Assembly: GCA_037142615.1 (NCBI GenBank)
Contig: JBAXAI010000045.1
Span: forward strand, 1-27,395
DNA length: 27,395 nucleotides
Direction of reading: 5' to 3'
Origin: Spirochaetales bacterium
Lineage (GTDB): Bacteria > Spirochaetota > Spirochaetia > JABEVK01
Of this stretch, positions 7,718 to 17,419 are shown piece after piece (position 1 is the first letter of the stretch; each line of letters opens with the position of its first letter). A program made the position numbers and the translations under genes. The notes beneath the pieces are model-generated. The model ran no database searches. It was not told the DNA's origin and worked only from the letters and a program-made list of their open reading frames with translations.

Positions 7718-8248
7718 ATGCGTTTTGTCTTTCTGTTGATGGTCCTTGTGGCCGCATCGTGTTCGCAGCCGGCCGATCTGGGCCCGCTGGTTCAGTCGAT
7801 GGGCCTCGCGCCCCTGAAGGAAACTTCAGCGGCTCCGCCGGTTGTGTTGAACAATCTGCAGGGCGAAGGGGTCGACCTCGCCTCGCTTCGCGGCAAGGTC
7901 GTGGTGCTCAACTTCTGGGCCACCTGGTGCGGTCCCTGCAAGGCGGAGTGGCCCTCGCTGGTCGCACTCCAGGCCAGTCTGGCAACCGAGAAGGACATCG
8001 TGTTCCTCTCGGTCGACCTCAGCGAGTCCCAAGACGTGGTGAAGGCCTATTTGAAGGACAATCCGGCGAACTTTCCCGTGTTGCTCGATACCGACGGCGT
8101 CACGGGAAACAGGTGGGGAATACAGTCCATCCCCACCACGGTGGTGATCGACAAAGCCGGGCGCCTTGTCGCCGGCAAAACCGGGTCGTACGCCTGGGAC
8201 AAACCCGAGGTCCTGGCGGGCCTCCGCAAATTGGCGGTGTTGCCATGA
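7718..8248 (+). CDS. TlpA/ResA-family thiol-disulfide oxidoreductase lipoprotein (176 aa)
   Basis: LNFWATWCGPC, cis-Pro SIPTT; lipobox MRFVFLLMVLVAAS/C from ATG 7718; TG-C-TAGATT 7 nt upstream of that ATG. Confidence 0.92.
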   Translation: MRFVFLLMVLVAASCSQPADLGPLVQSMGLAPLKETSAAPPVVLNNLQGEGVDLASLRGKVVVLNFWATWCGPCKAEWPSLVALQASLATEKDIVFLSVDLSESQDVVKAYLKDNPANFPVLLDTDGVTGNRWGIQSIPTTVVIDKAGRLVAGKTGSYAWDKPEVLAGLRKLAVLP

Positions 8249-9951
8249 AAACGAAAGAAGACCTTTGGCTGATGGGACTCGCCGGACGCATCGCCCTGTG
8301 GACCCGACTGGCCGTCGTGGCAGGGCTGCTCGGCATGGTGTTCACCATCGTTCAGGCGGCGCTGGTGGCGTGGTTCTTGGCGGGTCTGGTGATGGACCAC
8401 AAAGCTTTGGCCGACCTGTTGTGGTTGTGGGCCCCCCTCCCCGGCGTGCTCCTGCTCAAGGTGCTCGCCACTTGGGCGAAGGAAGAGGCCGGCGTGCGCG
8501 CATCGCAGCAGGTTCGCGGACCCTTGCGGCAGGAATTGCTGGCCAAGATCCACGACCTGGGGCCCGCCTGGAAGACCGGCCAGCAGTCGGGCGCGCTGGT
8601 GTCGAAGCTGATGGAGCAGGTGGACGGGCTCGATGCGTGGCTGGCCAAATATCTACCTCAAAAGACTTTGTCGATGGCCGGGCCGGCGCTGGTGCTCGCG
8701 GTGGTGTTCCCGATCAACTGGGCGTGCGGCCTGCTGCTGCTTGTTACCGCTCCGCTCATCCCGCTGTTCATGAGCCTGGTCGGTCGAGGCGCGCGGGTGG
8801 AGCAGACCAAGCAGTACCTGAGCCTGTCGCGCATGAGCGGGGCCTTCCTCGACCTGGTAAGGGGCCTGCCGAGTTTAAGGCTCGTCGACGCGCACCGGCG
8901 CCAGACGCCCCGCGTTGCCGCCGTATCGGAAGAGTTCCGGGTCCGTACTATGTCGGTGCTGCGCCTGGCGTTTTTGTCGTCAACGGTGCTGGAATTTTTC
9001 ACCATGCTGAGCATCGCGCTCACAGCCATCTACCTGGGTTTCAGCTTATTGCACCTGCTCAACTTTGGGGCGTGGAACGGTAGTCCGGACCTGGGAATGG
9101 CGTTGTTCGTTCTTATTTTGGCGCCGGAGTTCTATCTGCCACTGAGGGAACTGGGGGTGCACTACCATGCGCAGGCCGAGGCCAAAGCAGCGGCTCTTCA
9201 GGTCCTGCCCGTGTTCGCGGCGCAGGCCAGGCCGGGGGTTGCCGGTGAGCACAAACCCGCTGCGGGGGCTCCCAGGCTGGACCTCCGGGGCGTCCATTTT
9301 GCCCACGTGCCGGGCGTGCCCATTTTGGCCGGGCTCGACCTGACTGTAGCCGCTGGCGAGGCCGTGGCCATCACAGGGCCCAGTGGGGCCGGCAAGACGA
9401 CGTTGTTGAGGCTCATCGCCGGGCAATTGGCTCCCGACGAGGGAACCCTGTTGGTCAACGGGGAGCCTCTGCTAGGTCTGTCCCCCGAGGCCTGGAAAGA
9501 GTCGCTGGGCTGGATGAACCAGCACCCCCGGGTCCTGTCGGCAACCTTGGCCGAGAACCTGCGCATCGCTCGCACCGAAGCCAGCGACGCCGACTTGCAC
9601 GAGGCCCTGAAGTTCGCTGGCCTCGACGCGTTGTACCAAACCCTCGACCGCGGATTGGACACGCTGCTGGGCGAAGAAGGCCGGGGGCTGTCGGGAGGGC
9701 AACAACGACGGTTGGGTCTGGCCCGCGTGTACCTGCGACGGGCAGGACTGCTCTTGCTCGATGAACCGACGGCCAGCCTCGACCACGAAACTGAGGGTTT
9801 GATTCTCGACCGCTTGGCCGTGCTCAAAAAAGACCGGACCTTGGTGGTTCTGACCCACCACGCCCAACCGCTCGAGATCGTCGACCGCGTCCTGGACCTG
9901 CGCGCGGGCCGTCTGACGAAGGCTGGTTTGACGGCCGGGGGCGCGTCATGA
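8245..9951 (+). CDS. cydD: Thiol reductant/heme ABC exporter subunit CydD (568 aa)
   Basis: ATG 8245 overlaps the TlpA stop (ATGA). TAPLIPLFM-LVG, TMSVLRLAFLSS-VLEFF and LAPEFYLPLRELG-YHA; Walker A GPSGAGKTT, LSGGQ, LLDEPT. Confidence 0.93.
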   Translation: MKTKEDLWLMGLAGRIALWTRLAVVAGLLGMVFTIVQAALVAWFLAGLVMDHKALADLLWLWAPLPGVLLLKVLATWAKEEAGVRASQQVRGPLRQELLAKIHDLGPAWKTGQQSGALVSKLMEQVDGLDAWLAKYLPQKTLSMAGPALVLAVVFPINWACGLLLLVTAPLIPLFMSLVGRGARVEQTKQYLSLSRMSGAFLDLVRGLPSLRLVDAHRRQTPRVAAVSEEFRVRTMSVLRLAFLSSTVLEFFTMLSIALTAIYLGFSLLHLLNFGAWNGSPDLGMALFVLILAPEFYLPLRELGVHYHAQAEAKAAALQVLPVFAAQARPGVAGEHKPAAGAPRLDLRGVHFAHVPGVPILAGLDLTVAAGEAVAITGPSGAGKTTLLRLIAGQLAPDEGTLLVNGEPLLGLSPEAWKESLGWMNQHPRVLSATLAENLRIARTEASDADLHEALKFAGLDALYQTLDRGLDTLLGEEGRGLSGGQQRRLGLARVYLRRAGLLLLDEPTASLDHETEGLILDRLAVLKKDRTLVVLTHHAQPLEIVDRVLDLRAGRLTKAGLTAGGAS

Positions 9952-11675
9952 ACGCCCGCCTTGCCGAATTGAAGCCGTTCGCGGTCCGCATGCTCGACTT
10001 CCGCAAGCATTTGGCCGGCGGACTCGGGCTGGGCCTCGCCACGCAGATCAGCGGTCTGGCCCTTTTGGGTGTGTCGGGCTGGTTCCTCACCGGTTGCGGT
10101 TTGGCCGGGGTTTCGGCCGCGCTGGCCGAAGCGTACGACTTGATTTCGCCATCGGGAGCGATCCGAAGCCTGGCGTTGGGCCGAACAGGGTTCCGCTGGG
10201 CCGAACGCGTGGTCACCCACGACGCCACCTTCCGCCTGATCGGTTCGCTCCGGGTGTGGCTCTACGACAAGCTGGCGCAGTTGTCGCCCCGACAGACCGG
10301 TAGCCTCCACGCGGGCGAAATGCTCGGTCGGCTCACCAAAGACATCGACTCGCTCGACAACCTGTACCAAAAGCTGGTGGTTCCCGTCGCGTCGGCCTTC
10401 TTGCTGGTCACGGCAGCCACAGTTTTTGCGGCGGTGCTGTCGCCTGGCTTTGCGCTTCCCCTGCTCGCCCTCATGGCCACGAGCTTTCTGGTGCTCCCAC
10501 TGGTCAGCTGGGCGGCGGGACGACGTCTGTCGCCAGAGCTCGTGCGCGGCCACGGTCGCCTGCGCCGGGTTCTGCTCGACACCCTCGACTCGCTCGACGA
10601 CTTGGCTCTTCATGGCCCGGCGCGGACGCGCCAAAACCAGGTGGTGGCCACCTGCGACCAGGAGCGCCTGAGCCTGACCGCGCGCCAGCAACGCCTGTCG
10701 TCGGGCTTCAAGGCCCTCACCGGACTCGTGACCGGCCTGGTGGCCTGGGTCTTGCTCGGCCTGGCGGCGTTGTTGCCCCCCGGGTTGCAGATCGACGGTC
10801 CCCTGCTGGTTGGACTGGTCCTGGTCGTCCCCGGGCTGGCCGAGTTTCTGGGGGCGCTGCCCGCGGTGTGGCTGGAACTCCCAGGAACCGCCGAGGCGGC
10901 AGGCCGACTGAACCGGCTGACCAGCCAGACTCCGAACCCCGCGTATGTGGAAGCTTCGGCACAGACTTCCGAGGGGACTCGTCCCACTCAAGTGGGGACA
11001 GACCTCCAACTTACTGGCGTGTCGTTCGCCTACGATGCCGAACCGGTGCTGAGCGACCTGACGTTGACCTTGGCCGCTGGCCAGCACGTCGTTCTCAGCG
11101 GTCCGAGTGGCGGGGGCAAGACGACCCTGGTGCGCCTGCTGACACGTCTGGAAGACCCCACAGCGGGAACGATCACCTTGGGGGGGACAGACCTCCGCCA
11201 GCTCGACGAGACAACCCTTCGCCTGGCCATCGCCTGCGCCAGCCAGGACACCTACCTGTTCACCGACAGCCTGGCCGGCAACCTGCGGTTGGCCCGCGAC
11301 GAAGCTAGCGACGATGAGCTGTGGGAAGTACTTACCGTGGTTGGGCTTGCCGAAACGATCCGAGCCTGGCCCGAGGCCCTTGCCACCTGGATCGACGAAG
11401 GGGGCGAAAGCCTTTCCGGTGGCCAGCGGCGACGTCTGGGGGTCGCTCGGGCGCTGCTTCGCCGGTCCCCTGTCACCATCCTCGACGAACCCACCGAAGG
11501 TCTCGACGACGAAGCCGGTGAGGCCTTGGTCCGCTCGGTGCGCCTTTACCTGACCGGCAAAACGCTGGTCTGGGTGTCGCACCGGCTCACCGACCGTGCC
11601 GGCTTTGAGCGCCAATTGACGCTCGAGAACGGCGTGTTGTCGGAAAAAAACCATGGTACACTCAAAACACCATGA
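9948..11675 (+). CDS. cydC: Thiol reductant/heme ABC exporter subunit CydC
   Basis: LLGVSGWFL, IRSLALGRT-RWAERVVTHDATFR, DIDSLD; GPSGGGKTT, LSGGQ, ILDEPTEGLD; ATGA overlap with cydD. Confidence 0.93.
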   Translation: MNARLAELKPFAVRMLDFRKHLAGGLGLGLATQISGLALLGVSGWFLTGCGLAGVSAALAEAYDLISPSGAIRSLALGRTGFRWAERVVTHDATFRLIGSLRVWLYDKLAQLSPRQTGSLHAGEMLGRLTKDIDSLDNLYQKLVVPVASAFLLVTAATVFAAVLSPGFALPLLALMATSFLVLPLVSWAAGRRLSPELVRGHGRLRRVLLDTLDSLDDLALHGPARTRQNQVVATCDQERLSLTARQQRLSSGFKALTGLVTGLVAWVLLGLAALLPPGLQIDGPLLVGLVLVVPGLAEFLGALPAVWLELPGTAEAAGRLNRLTSQTPNPAYVEASAQTSEGTRPTQVGTDLQLTGVSFAYDAEPVLSDLTLTLAAGQHVVLSGPSGGGKTTLVRLLTRLEDPTAGTITLGGTDLRQLDETTLRLAIACASQDTYLFTDSLAGNLRLARDEASDDELWEVLTVVGLAETIRAWPEALATWIDEGGESLSGGQRRRLGVARALLRRSPVTILDEPTEGLDDEAGEALVRSVRLYLTGKTLVWVSHRLTDRAGFERQLTLENGVLSEKNHGTLKTP

Positions 11676-13174
11676 AAAACTTCCCGGAATACACACAGCA
11701 CGACGGTTTGGGTTTGGCAGAACTGGTCAGGACGAAGCAGGTCACGGCTTTGGAATTGGTCGAGACCGCCATCGAGCGCATCGAGGCTCACAATGCCCCC
11801 TTGAACGCGGTGATCACCAAGCGCTACGAGCGCGCCCGGGAAGAGGCTTCGGCTCTGGCGGTAGGCCCGTCCAGCACGATTCCCTTCGGCGGCGTGCCGT
11901 TTCTGGTCAAGGACCTGCTGGCCACGGTCGAGGGCACGCCGACGGCCAACGGCAACCGCCTGCTCCGGTCTGTCCCCGCCACGCAGGACAGCGAACTCGT
12001 GCGCCGCTGGAAGGCTGCGGGCCTGATCATTCTGGGCAAAACGAACACTCCCGAGTTCGGGCTCACCCCCTACACGGAACCTCTGGCTTTTGGCCCCACC
12101 CGCAATCCGTGGAACCTGGAACGCACGCCCGGCGGCTCTTCGGGGGGTTCGGCGGCGGCGGTGGCCTCGCGTATGGTGCCCCTGGCCTCGGGTGGCGACG
12201 GTGGCGGCTCGATCCGCATCCCTGCGTCGGCCTGCGGGCTTTTCGGTCTCAAGCCCACGCGCGGACGCACACCCACCGGCCCCTTTCTCGGCGAAGCTTG
12301 GAACGGCTTTGCCATCGAGCATGTCCTTACCCGCAGCGTGCGCGACTCGGCGGCCTTGCTCGACGCCACACAAGGCATCGACGTCGGGGCTCCCTATGCG
12401 TCACCCGAAGTCGGTACGAACTTCCTGGGTGAAGTTTCGAAAGCTCCCGGAAAGCTGCGCATCGCGGTCACCGGCAAACCCTTGATGGGCAAGCAGGTGG
12501 ACCCGGAAGTGCTGGAAGCCTTGGCTCGCACGGTCGAACTGCTCAAGAGTCTGGGCCACGACGTGGTCGAAGCGGCCCCCAGCCTCGACGCCGAGCCGTT
12601 CTCGCTGGCTTTTGTCACCATTTTGGCCGCCGAACTGCGCGCCGACATCGAGTGGACGGCCAAACAAGCAGGCAAGCGGGTCGATGTGCGCGACTTTGAC
12701 CCCTCGAGCTTCGGCCTGGGCATGCTCGGCAAGGCCCTCAGCGCGCGCGACTACGCTGAGGCCTCGCGTTACCTTCAGGTGGCCTCGCGCGGCATCAGCG
12801 GCTTTTTTGGCGGGTACGACCTCTTGCTGACGCCCACGCTGGCGAAGCCGCCGGTGCCCATTGGATCGCTGCAACCTTCGGCGGCCGAAAAGGCGCTCAT
12901 CCGCGTCATCGGCAGTTTCGACGGTGGCTGGCTGCTCAAGGCGCTGGGCATCATCAAACCGTTGGCGGCCCAGACCTTCGAGTTCATGCCCTGGACGGCC
13001 GTGTTCAACGTCACGGGTCAACCGGCGATGTCTGTCCCCCTCGAAATGGCAGGCGGACTACCCTGCGGGCTGCACTTTGTCGCGAAGTTTGGCGACGAGG
13101 CGACGCTGCTGAGGCTGGCGGGACAGCTGGAGAAGGCCCGACCTTGGGCCGACAAGGTACCGGGCGGGTATTAA
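11672..13174 (+). CDS. Amidase signature (AS) family amidase
   Basis: [26 protein letters not shown] and [13 protein letters not shown] (Ser-cisSer-Lys triad); ATGA overlap with cydC. Confidence 0.95.
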   Translation: MKNFPEYTQHDGLGLAELVRTKQVTALELVETAIERIEAHNAPLNAVITKRYERAREEASALAVGPSSTIPFGGVPFLVKDLLATVEGTPTANGNRLLRSVPATQDSELVRRWKAAGLIILGKTNTPEFGLTPYTEPLAFGPTRNPWNLERTPGGSSGGSAAAVASRMVPLASGGDGGGSIRIPASACGLFGLKPTRGRTPTGPFLGEAWNGFAIEHVLTRSVRDSAALLDATQGIDVGAPYASPEVGTNFLGEVSKAPGKLRIAVTGKPLMGKQVDPEVLEALARTVELLKSLGHDVVEAAPSLDAEPFSLAFVTILAAELRADIEWTAKQAGKRVDVRDFDPSSFGLGMLGKALSARDYAEASRYLQVASRGISGFFGGYDLLLTPTLAKPPVPIGSLQPSAAEKALIRVIGSFDGGWLLKALGIIKPLAAQTFEFMPWTAVFNVTGQPAMSVPLEMAGGLPCGLHFVAKFGDEATLLRLAGQLEKARPWADKVPGGY

Positions 13175-13192
13175 CCTCTTCAGCGCCGCCCT

Positions 13193-13660
13193 CTACTTCA
13201 GCGCAAAACACACCAGCAGTTCCATCTCGCCCAGACTGGTCGTAATGGGCACCTGGTGCACCGGCGCAAACGCGGGCCAGTTGATTTTGTGGTTGGGCCC
13301 TTGCACGATGAGCGGCACCGTGATGTCCAGGTCATGCTCGGTGAGCGTGTTGATCACGTGGCCCGACACAACGTTGGTCAGTTCGCCCAACAGCGAATTG
13401 GTCAACTCTTCCTCTTCGTCGGCGGTCGAGGCTTCCATGCCCGACATCTTGAGTAACTCGGTCACCATGGCCTTGCGCAACCGCAGAACCACCATGCCCT
13501 TGCCGCCTCCGGTAAGGCCAATGACGCCCGAAGCGTCCCAACCGTGGCCGGCCTTCTGGTCGAGTTCCCGGGGCGCTGCTGCCGCCGGGGCCAAAGAGAA
13601 CATCTGGTCCATGGCCTCACAGGCGGCCTGAACGATGACGGGAAGAATGTCGCTGCTCAT
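13193..13660 (-). CDS. cheX: CheX-family chemotaxis phosphatase (orphan)
   Basis: 155 aa; SGVIGLTG, LGELTNVVSG (E-x2-N phosphatase motif) and DITVPLIVQG. Confidence 0.85.
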   Translation of the reverse strand: MSSDILPVIVQAACEAMDQMFSLAPAAAAPRELDQKAGHGWDASGVIGLTGGGKGMVVLRLRKAMVTELLKMSGMEASTADEEEELTNSLLGELTNVVSGHVINTLTEHDLDITVPLIVQGPNHKINWPAFAPVHQVPITTSLGEMELLVCFALK

Positions 13661-13736
13661 GCAGACAGTCTAGGTCAGGTCCACCGCTGGCGCAAGTCAG
13701 GCTTCCAAAGCGCAAAAAATGATGCCCAGAAAACCA

Positions 13737-13782
13737 TTTACCACGCGGAGATCCCGACATAGACTGTCAGGAACTACGGAGG
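13737..13782 (+). promoter_or_regulatory. Putative sigma70 promoter and RBS of acs
   Basis: TTTACC (13737-13742), 17 bp, TAGACT (13760-13765); GGAGG at 13778-13782. Confidence 0.5.
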
Positions 13783-13788
13783 TGGCAG

Positions 13789-15699
13789 GTGGAAGCCGCA
13801 ACGACCTTGAAACAATACCGCGAAACGTGGGAACGGAGCGTGAAAGACCCCGATGCCTTCTGGGGGGCCGCCGCCCGCGACGAGCTCGACTGGATGCGCG
13901 AGTTTGACCGGGTCGCCGACCACGACTGGAGCGAGGGCCTGACCACCTGGTTTCTTGGGGGCAAGCTCAACGTGAGCGTCAACTGCGTCGACCGGCATCT
14001 GGCCGACCGCCCCGACCAGACCGCGCTCATCTGGGAAAAGGACGAGCCTGGCGAGGAAGAGCGCATCACCTACCGGCAACTGCACCGTGAGGTCTGCCGG
14101 GTGGCGAACGCGCTGCTGGCGGCCGGCATCCGCAAAGGCGACACGGTGGCGCTGTACATGCCCATGATTCCGCAGGCCGTCTTTGCCATGTTGGCGTGCA
14201 CCCGCATCGGGGCTGTGCACAGCGTGGTGTTTGCCGGCTTCAGCGCCGAAAGCCTGCGTGACCGTATCAACGACGCCAAATGTGTGGCCGTCATCACCGC
14301 CGACGAGGGCCTGCGCGGTCGCAAGTTCATTCCGCTCAAGCGCACGGTCGATGAAGCCGTCATGGCCTGCCCCAGCGTCAAAACCATTTTCGTGGCCAAG
14401 CGCACCGGCAACAAGGTGCCCTTCTTTCCGCCGCGCGACGTGTGGCTCGACGAGGCCATGGCCGCCCAGCGTCCTTATTGTCCGGCGGTCCCCATGGACA
14501 GCGAAGACCCGATGTTCCTGCTCTACACCTCAGGTTCCACGGGCAAACCCAAGGGCATTTTGCACACCACGGCCGGGTACCTGTTGTACGCCAAGATGAC
14601 CCACCAGCACGTGTTCGGCTGGAAGCCCGGCGACGTATACGCCTGCGTGGCCGATATCGGCTGGATCACCGGGCACAGCTATGTTGTGTACGGCCCGCTG
14701 GCCAACGGCGCCACCACCGTGCTGTTCGAGGGCATTCCCACCTACCCGAACGCGGGGCGCTACTGGGAGATGGTCGACCGCCTGGGCATCACCCAGTTCT
14801 ACACCAGCCCGACCGCCATCCGCTCCATTGCCCGCGAGAGCAACGACTTCGTCACGAAGTACAAGCGGACGAGCCTGCGAGTCCTGGGCAGCGTCGGCGA
14901 GCCCATCAACCCCGAGGCCTGGAAGTGGTACCACGAGGTGGTGGGCGAAAAGCGCTGCGACATTGTCGACACCTGGTGGCAAACCGAGACCGGCGGCATC
15001 ATGATCACGCCTCTCCCCGGGGTCACGCCCCTCAAACCCGGGTCGGCCACCCTGCCCTTTTACGGTGTGGAGCCCATTTTGCTCGACGAAAAAGGCAACC
15101 TCTTGGAGGGCAACAACGTCAGCGGATTGCTTGCCATCAAAAAGGCCTGGCCGGGCATGAGCCGAAGAATCCACGGCGACCACCAGCGCTACCTGGCCAC
15201 CTACCTCAAGCCCTACGAGGCGGTATACTTTACCGGCGACGGCTGCCGCCGCGATGAGGATGGCTACTACTGGATCACCGGGCGTGTCGACGACGTGATC
15301 AACGTGTCGGGCCACCGCATGGGCACCGCCGAGGTCGAGAGCGCGCTGGTGAGCTACCCTGGCTGCGCCGAGGCCGCCGTGGTCCCGGTGCCGCACGACA
15401 TCAAGGGCCAGGGCATTTTCGCGTTTGTGGTGCTCAAAGACCGCTGGGACGAAACCCCCGAACTGGTGGGCGAGCTTCGCAACGAGGTGCGCCACCACAT
15501 CGGCCCCATCGCCATCCCCGATCACATCATCGTGGCGCACGGCCTGCCCAAAACCCGCTCGGGCAAAATCATGCGGCGTATCTTGCGCAAGATCGCTGCC
15601 GGCGAGTACACCGAACTGGGCGACATCAGCACGCTCGCCGACCCGAGCGTCGTCGACGTGCTCATCGAAAAGCGCAAGGCTATGGTCGAGCTGGGCTAA
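13789..15699 (+). CDS. acs: Acetyl-CoA synthetase (acetate--CoA ligase)
   Basis: YTSGSTGKPKG, DIGWITGHSY, SVGEPINPEAW, DTWWQTETG, LPKTRSGKIMRR (acetylation Lys). Confidence 0.98.
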   Translation: MEAATTLKQYRETWERSVKDPDAFWGAAARDELDWMREFDRVADHDWSEGLTTWFLGGKLNVSVNCVDRHLADRPDQTALIWEKDEPGEEERITYRQLHREVCRVANALLAAGIRKGDTVALYMPMIPQAVFAMLACTRIGAVHSVVFAGFSAESLRDRINDAKCVAVITADEGLRGRKFIPLKRTVDEAVMACPSVKTIFVAKRTGNKVPFFPPRDVWLDEAMAAQRPYCPAVPMDSEDPMFLLYTSGSTGKPKGILHTTAGYLLYAKMTHQHVFGWKPGDVYACVADIGWITGHSYVVYGPLANGATTVLFEGIPTYPNAGRYWEMVDRLGITQFYTSPTAIRSIARESNDFVTKYKRTSLRVLGSVGEPINPEAWKWYHEVVGEKRCDIVDTWWQTETGGIMITPLPGVTPLKPGSATLPFYGVEPILLDEKGNLLEGNNVSGLLAIKKAWPGMSRRIHGDHQRYLATYLKPYEAVYFTGDGCRRDEDGYYWITGRVDDVINVSGHRMGTAEVESALVSYPGCAEAAVVPVPHDIKGQGIFAFVVLKDRWDETPELVGELRNEVRHHIGPIAIPDHIIVAHGLPKTRSGKIMRRILRKIAAGEYTELGDISTLADPSVVDVLIEKRKAMVELG

Positions 15700-17291
15700 C
15701 TGCGGGGCAAAGTGACCTTGAACTCCGTGTTCCCGGGAACACTTTCAAAGGTCAAGCTGCCCTTGTGCCGGCTGAGAATGTTCAACACGATCTCGAGGCC
15801 CAGGCTGATGCGTCCCGTGTCGTGCGCAGTCCGGCTGACTTGGAACGGCTGAAGCAAGGTTTGGCGGAGGTTGTCCGGAATACCGGGACCGTGGTCACGA
15901 ATCTGTACCTCGTACGTTGTCGGCAAGACCTCGACAAGCACCGTAATGGTGCCCTTGTCTTGCAGGGCTTGCCTGGCATTGGAAAGCAGGTTGCTCCACA
16001 CCAGCATCAGTTGTTCCGGGTGGCCTTTCAGGAAAAGGCCTTGCGGCGGCAGACTGCAGACCAGCTCAAGAGTCTCGGGAATCTGGCTGCGGTAGACTTC
16101 GAGCACAGTTTCCAGGTTTTCGACCAAATCAACGGTTTCGGGCTCGGGGATGGTGCCGACCGGTGTGGCGAAACGACTGAGGGCAAGCACGTGGGCGCTG
16201 GCCTTTTCGGTGGCCACAGCCACAATGGCGAGCGACCTTTCGAGCTGGACAAGCTCGAGCAGAGCCCGCAAGACTTCGACAGCGGACGGCAAGGCTGCGA
16301 CCTCGCGCCAGGCGGCATCCAGGGTCACCAGCCCGAGTTCGGCCAGCATCTCGGCCTTGATTTCTGCATCGGCAGACCCCAAGGCGAGCAACTGCTGTTC
16401 GATACTGGCCCGCAAGTCGCGACCTTCGCGCGAACTGGGCAACGGCCAATCCTCGCGGCAACGTTCCCTAAGCTCCCACAGGAGCGCCAGCGAAGTCCCG
16501 GGCAGCCGCCCACCAAGGGCTGTCCATTGTTGAACCATGGGGAAGAGCCGGTGTTGCAGGTGGGCCTGACTGGACTGGATTGCGGCCAGCGGGGTGTTCA
16601 CCTGGTGTGCCACGCCGGCGATGACCTGACCGAGCGAAAACATTTTTTCGCCCGAAGCCAACGAGCGGCGTGCGCGGTCGAGCTTCGCGTTGGCCTGCCC
16701 CAACTTGGCGGTCCGCTCCTCGAGGACAAGCCTGAGCCGCACTTCCGAATCAACGAACATCTTGGTCGCCTGCCCGAGCACCCACTGAAGCAGGGCCAGT
16801 GCCATGGTCAAAAAGGCGAGGATCAGCACATAACGAAGTTGAACCTTCGGGTAAAGGCCCGCGAGCCCGAAAAGCACCCCGGCCAGGAAGAGAAAGCGGG
16901 CCCGCGACGACACCAGGGTCAGCGAGACCAGCGTCGCTGCGGCAAAGGCCAGCAAGTAGTACGGGTCCTGCGAAAAGCGCAGGTCAAAAGCCAGCGGGAC
17001 GATTACCGACAACAGACCCACCGCCACCTTGGCGAAACCCTTCCAGATCAGGAACAACAGGCCCAGCAGAAACAGCAGCACGAGAGACTCGGGCACCAAG
17101 GACGCCCAGTGAGCCTTGAGCGCGATGCTCGCCAGAGAAGAGAGAATGAACACTGAGGCGACCAGCACCACGAGGCCAAAGAAACCGGTCCGGGCCCGGT
17201 CAAGAAACGGCTGCGGAGGCAACGGGCTGAGAAGCCATTCCAGCACGCGCAGGGGGACCGATCGTTTGGGGTCTGCCAGTTTGGGGTCCAT
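15696..17291 (-). CDS. Multi-TM sensor histidine kinase (NtrB-like) with atypical motifs
   Basis: About 6 N-terminal TM helices; H-box AGVAHQVNTPL, N-box NLLSNARQA, G1 DHGPGI, degenerate G2 GRISLGL. Start is ATG 17291 or TTG 17312. Stop overlaps the acs stop. Confidence 0.85.
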   Translation of the reverse strand: MDPKLADPKRSVPLRVLEWLLSPLPPQPFLDRARTGFFGLVVLVASVFILSSLASIALKAHWASLVPESLVLLFLLGLLFLIWKGFAKVAVGLLSVIVPLAFDLRFSQDPYYLLAFAAATLVSLTLVSSRARFLFLAGVLFGLAGLYPKVQLRYVLILAFLTMALALLQWVLGQATKMFVDSEVRLRLVLEERTAKLGQANAKLDRARRSLASGEKMFSLGQVIAGVAHQVNTPLAAIQSSQAHLQHRLFPMVQQWTALGGRLPGTSLALLWELRERCREDWPLPSSREGRDLRASIEQQLLALGSADAEIKAEMLAELGLVTLDAAWREVAALPSAVEVLRALLELVQLERSLAIVAVATEKASAHVLALSRFATPVGTIPEPETVDLVENLETVLEVYRSQIPETLELVCSLPPQGLFLKGHPEQLMLVWSNLLSNARQALQDKGTITVLVEVLPTTYEVQIRDHGPGIPDNLRQTLLQPFQVSRTAHDTGRISLGLEIVLNILSRHKGSLTFESVPGNTEFKVTLPRS

Positions 17292-17419
17292 GCCAAAAGT
17301 ATTGTGGAGCAAAACTCTGGTGTCGAGGGAAAACCTGCCGGCAGATAAACTGTGCTCATCCTTGCGATGAGCCTGAAGTTTCGACCCCAGGGCGCCGATA
17401 ACTTGAGACGGAGGTCTCC

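Noticed and set aside
7759-8244. Long N-terminal extension of CydD (730-aa ORF), suggesting a TlpA-CydD frameshift fusion
   Set aside because: Out-of-frame read of the TlpA gene; ATGA coupling at 8245 explains the junction, and no slippery site was seen.
9198-11696. 832-aa minus-strand ORF
   Set aside because: Antisense shadow of cydD/cydC, expected in high-GC coding DNA; no recognisable motifs.
15765-17156. 463-aa plus-strand ORF
   Set aside because: Antisense shadow of the minus-strand kinase.
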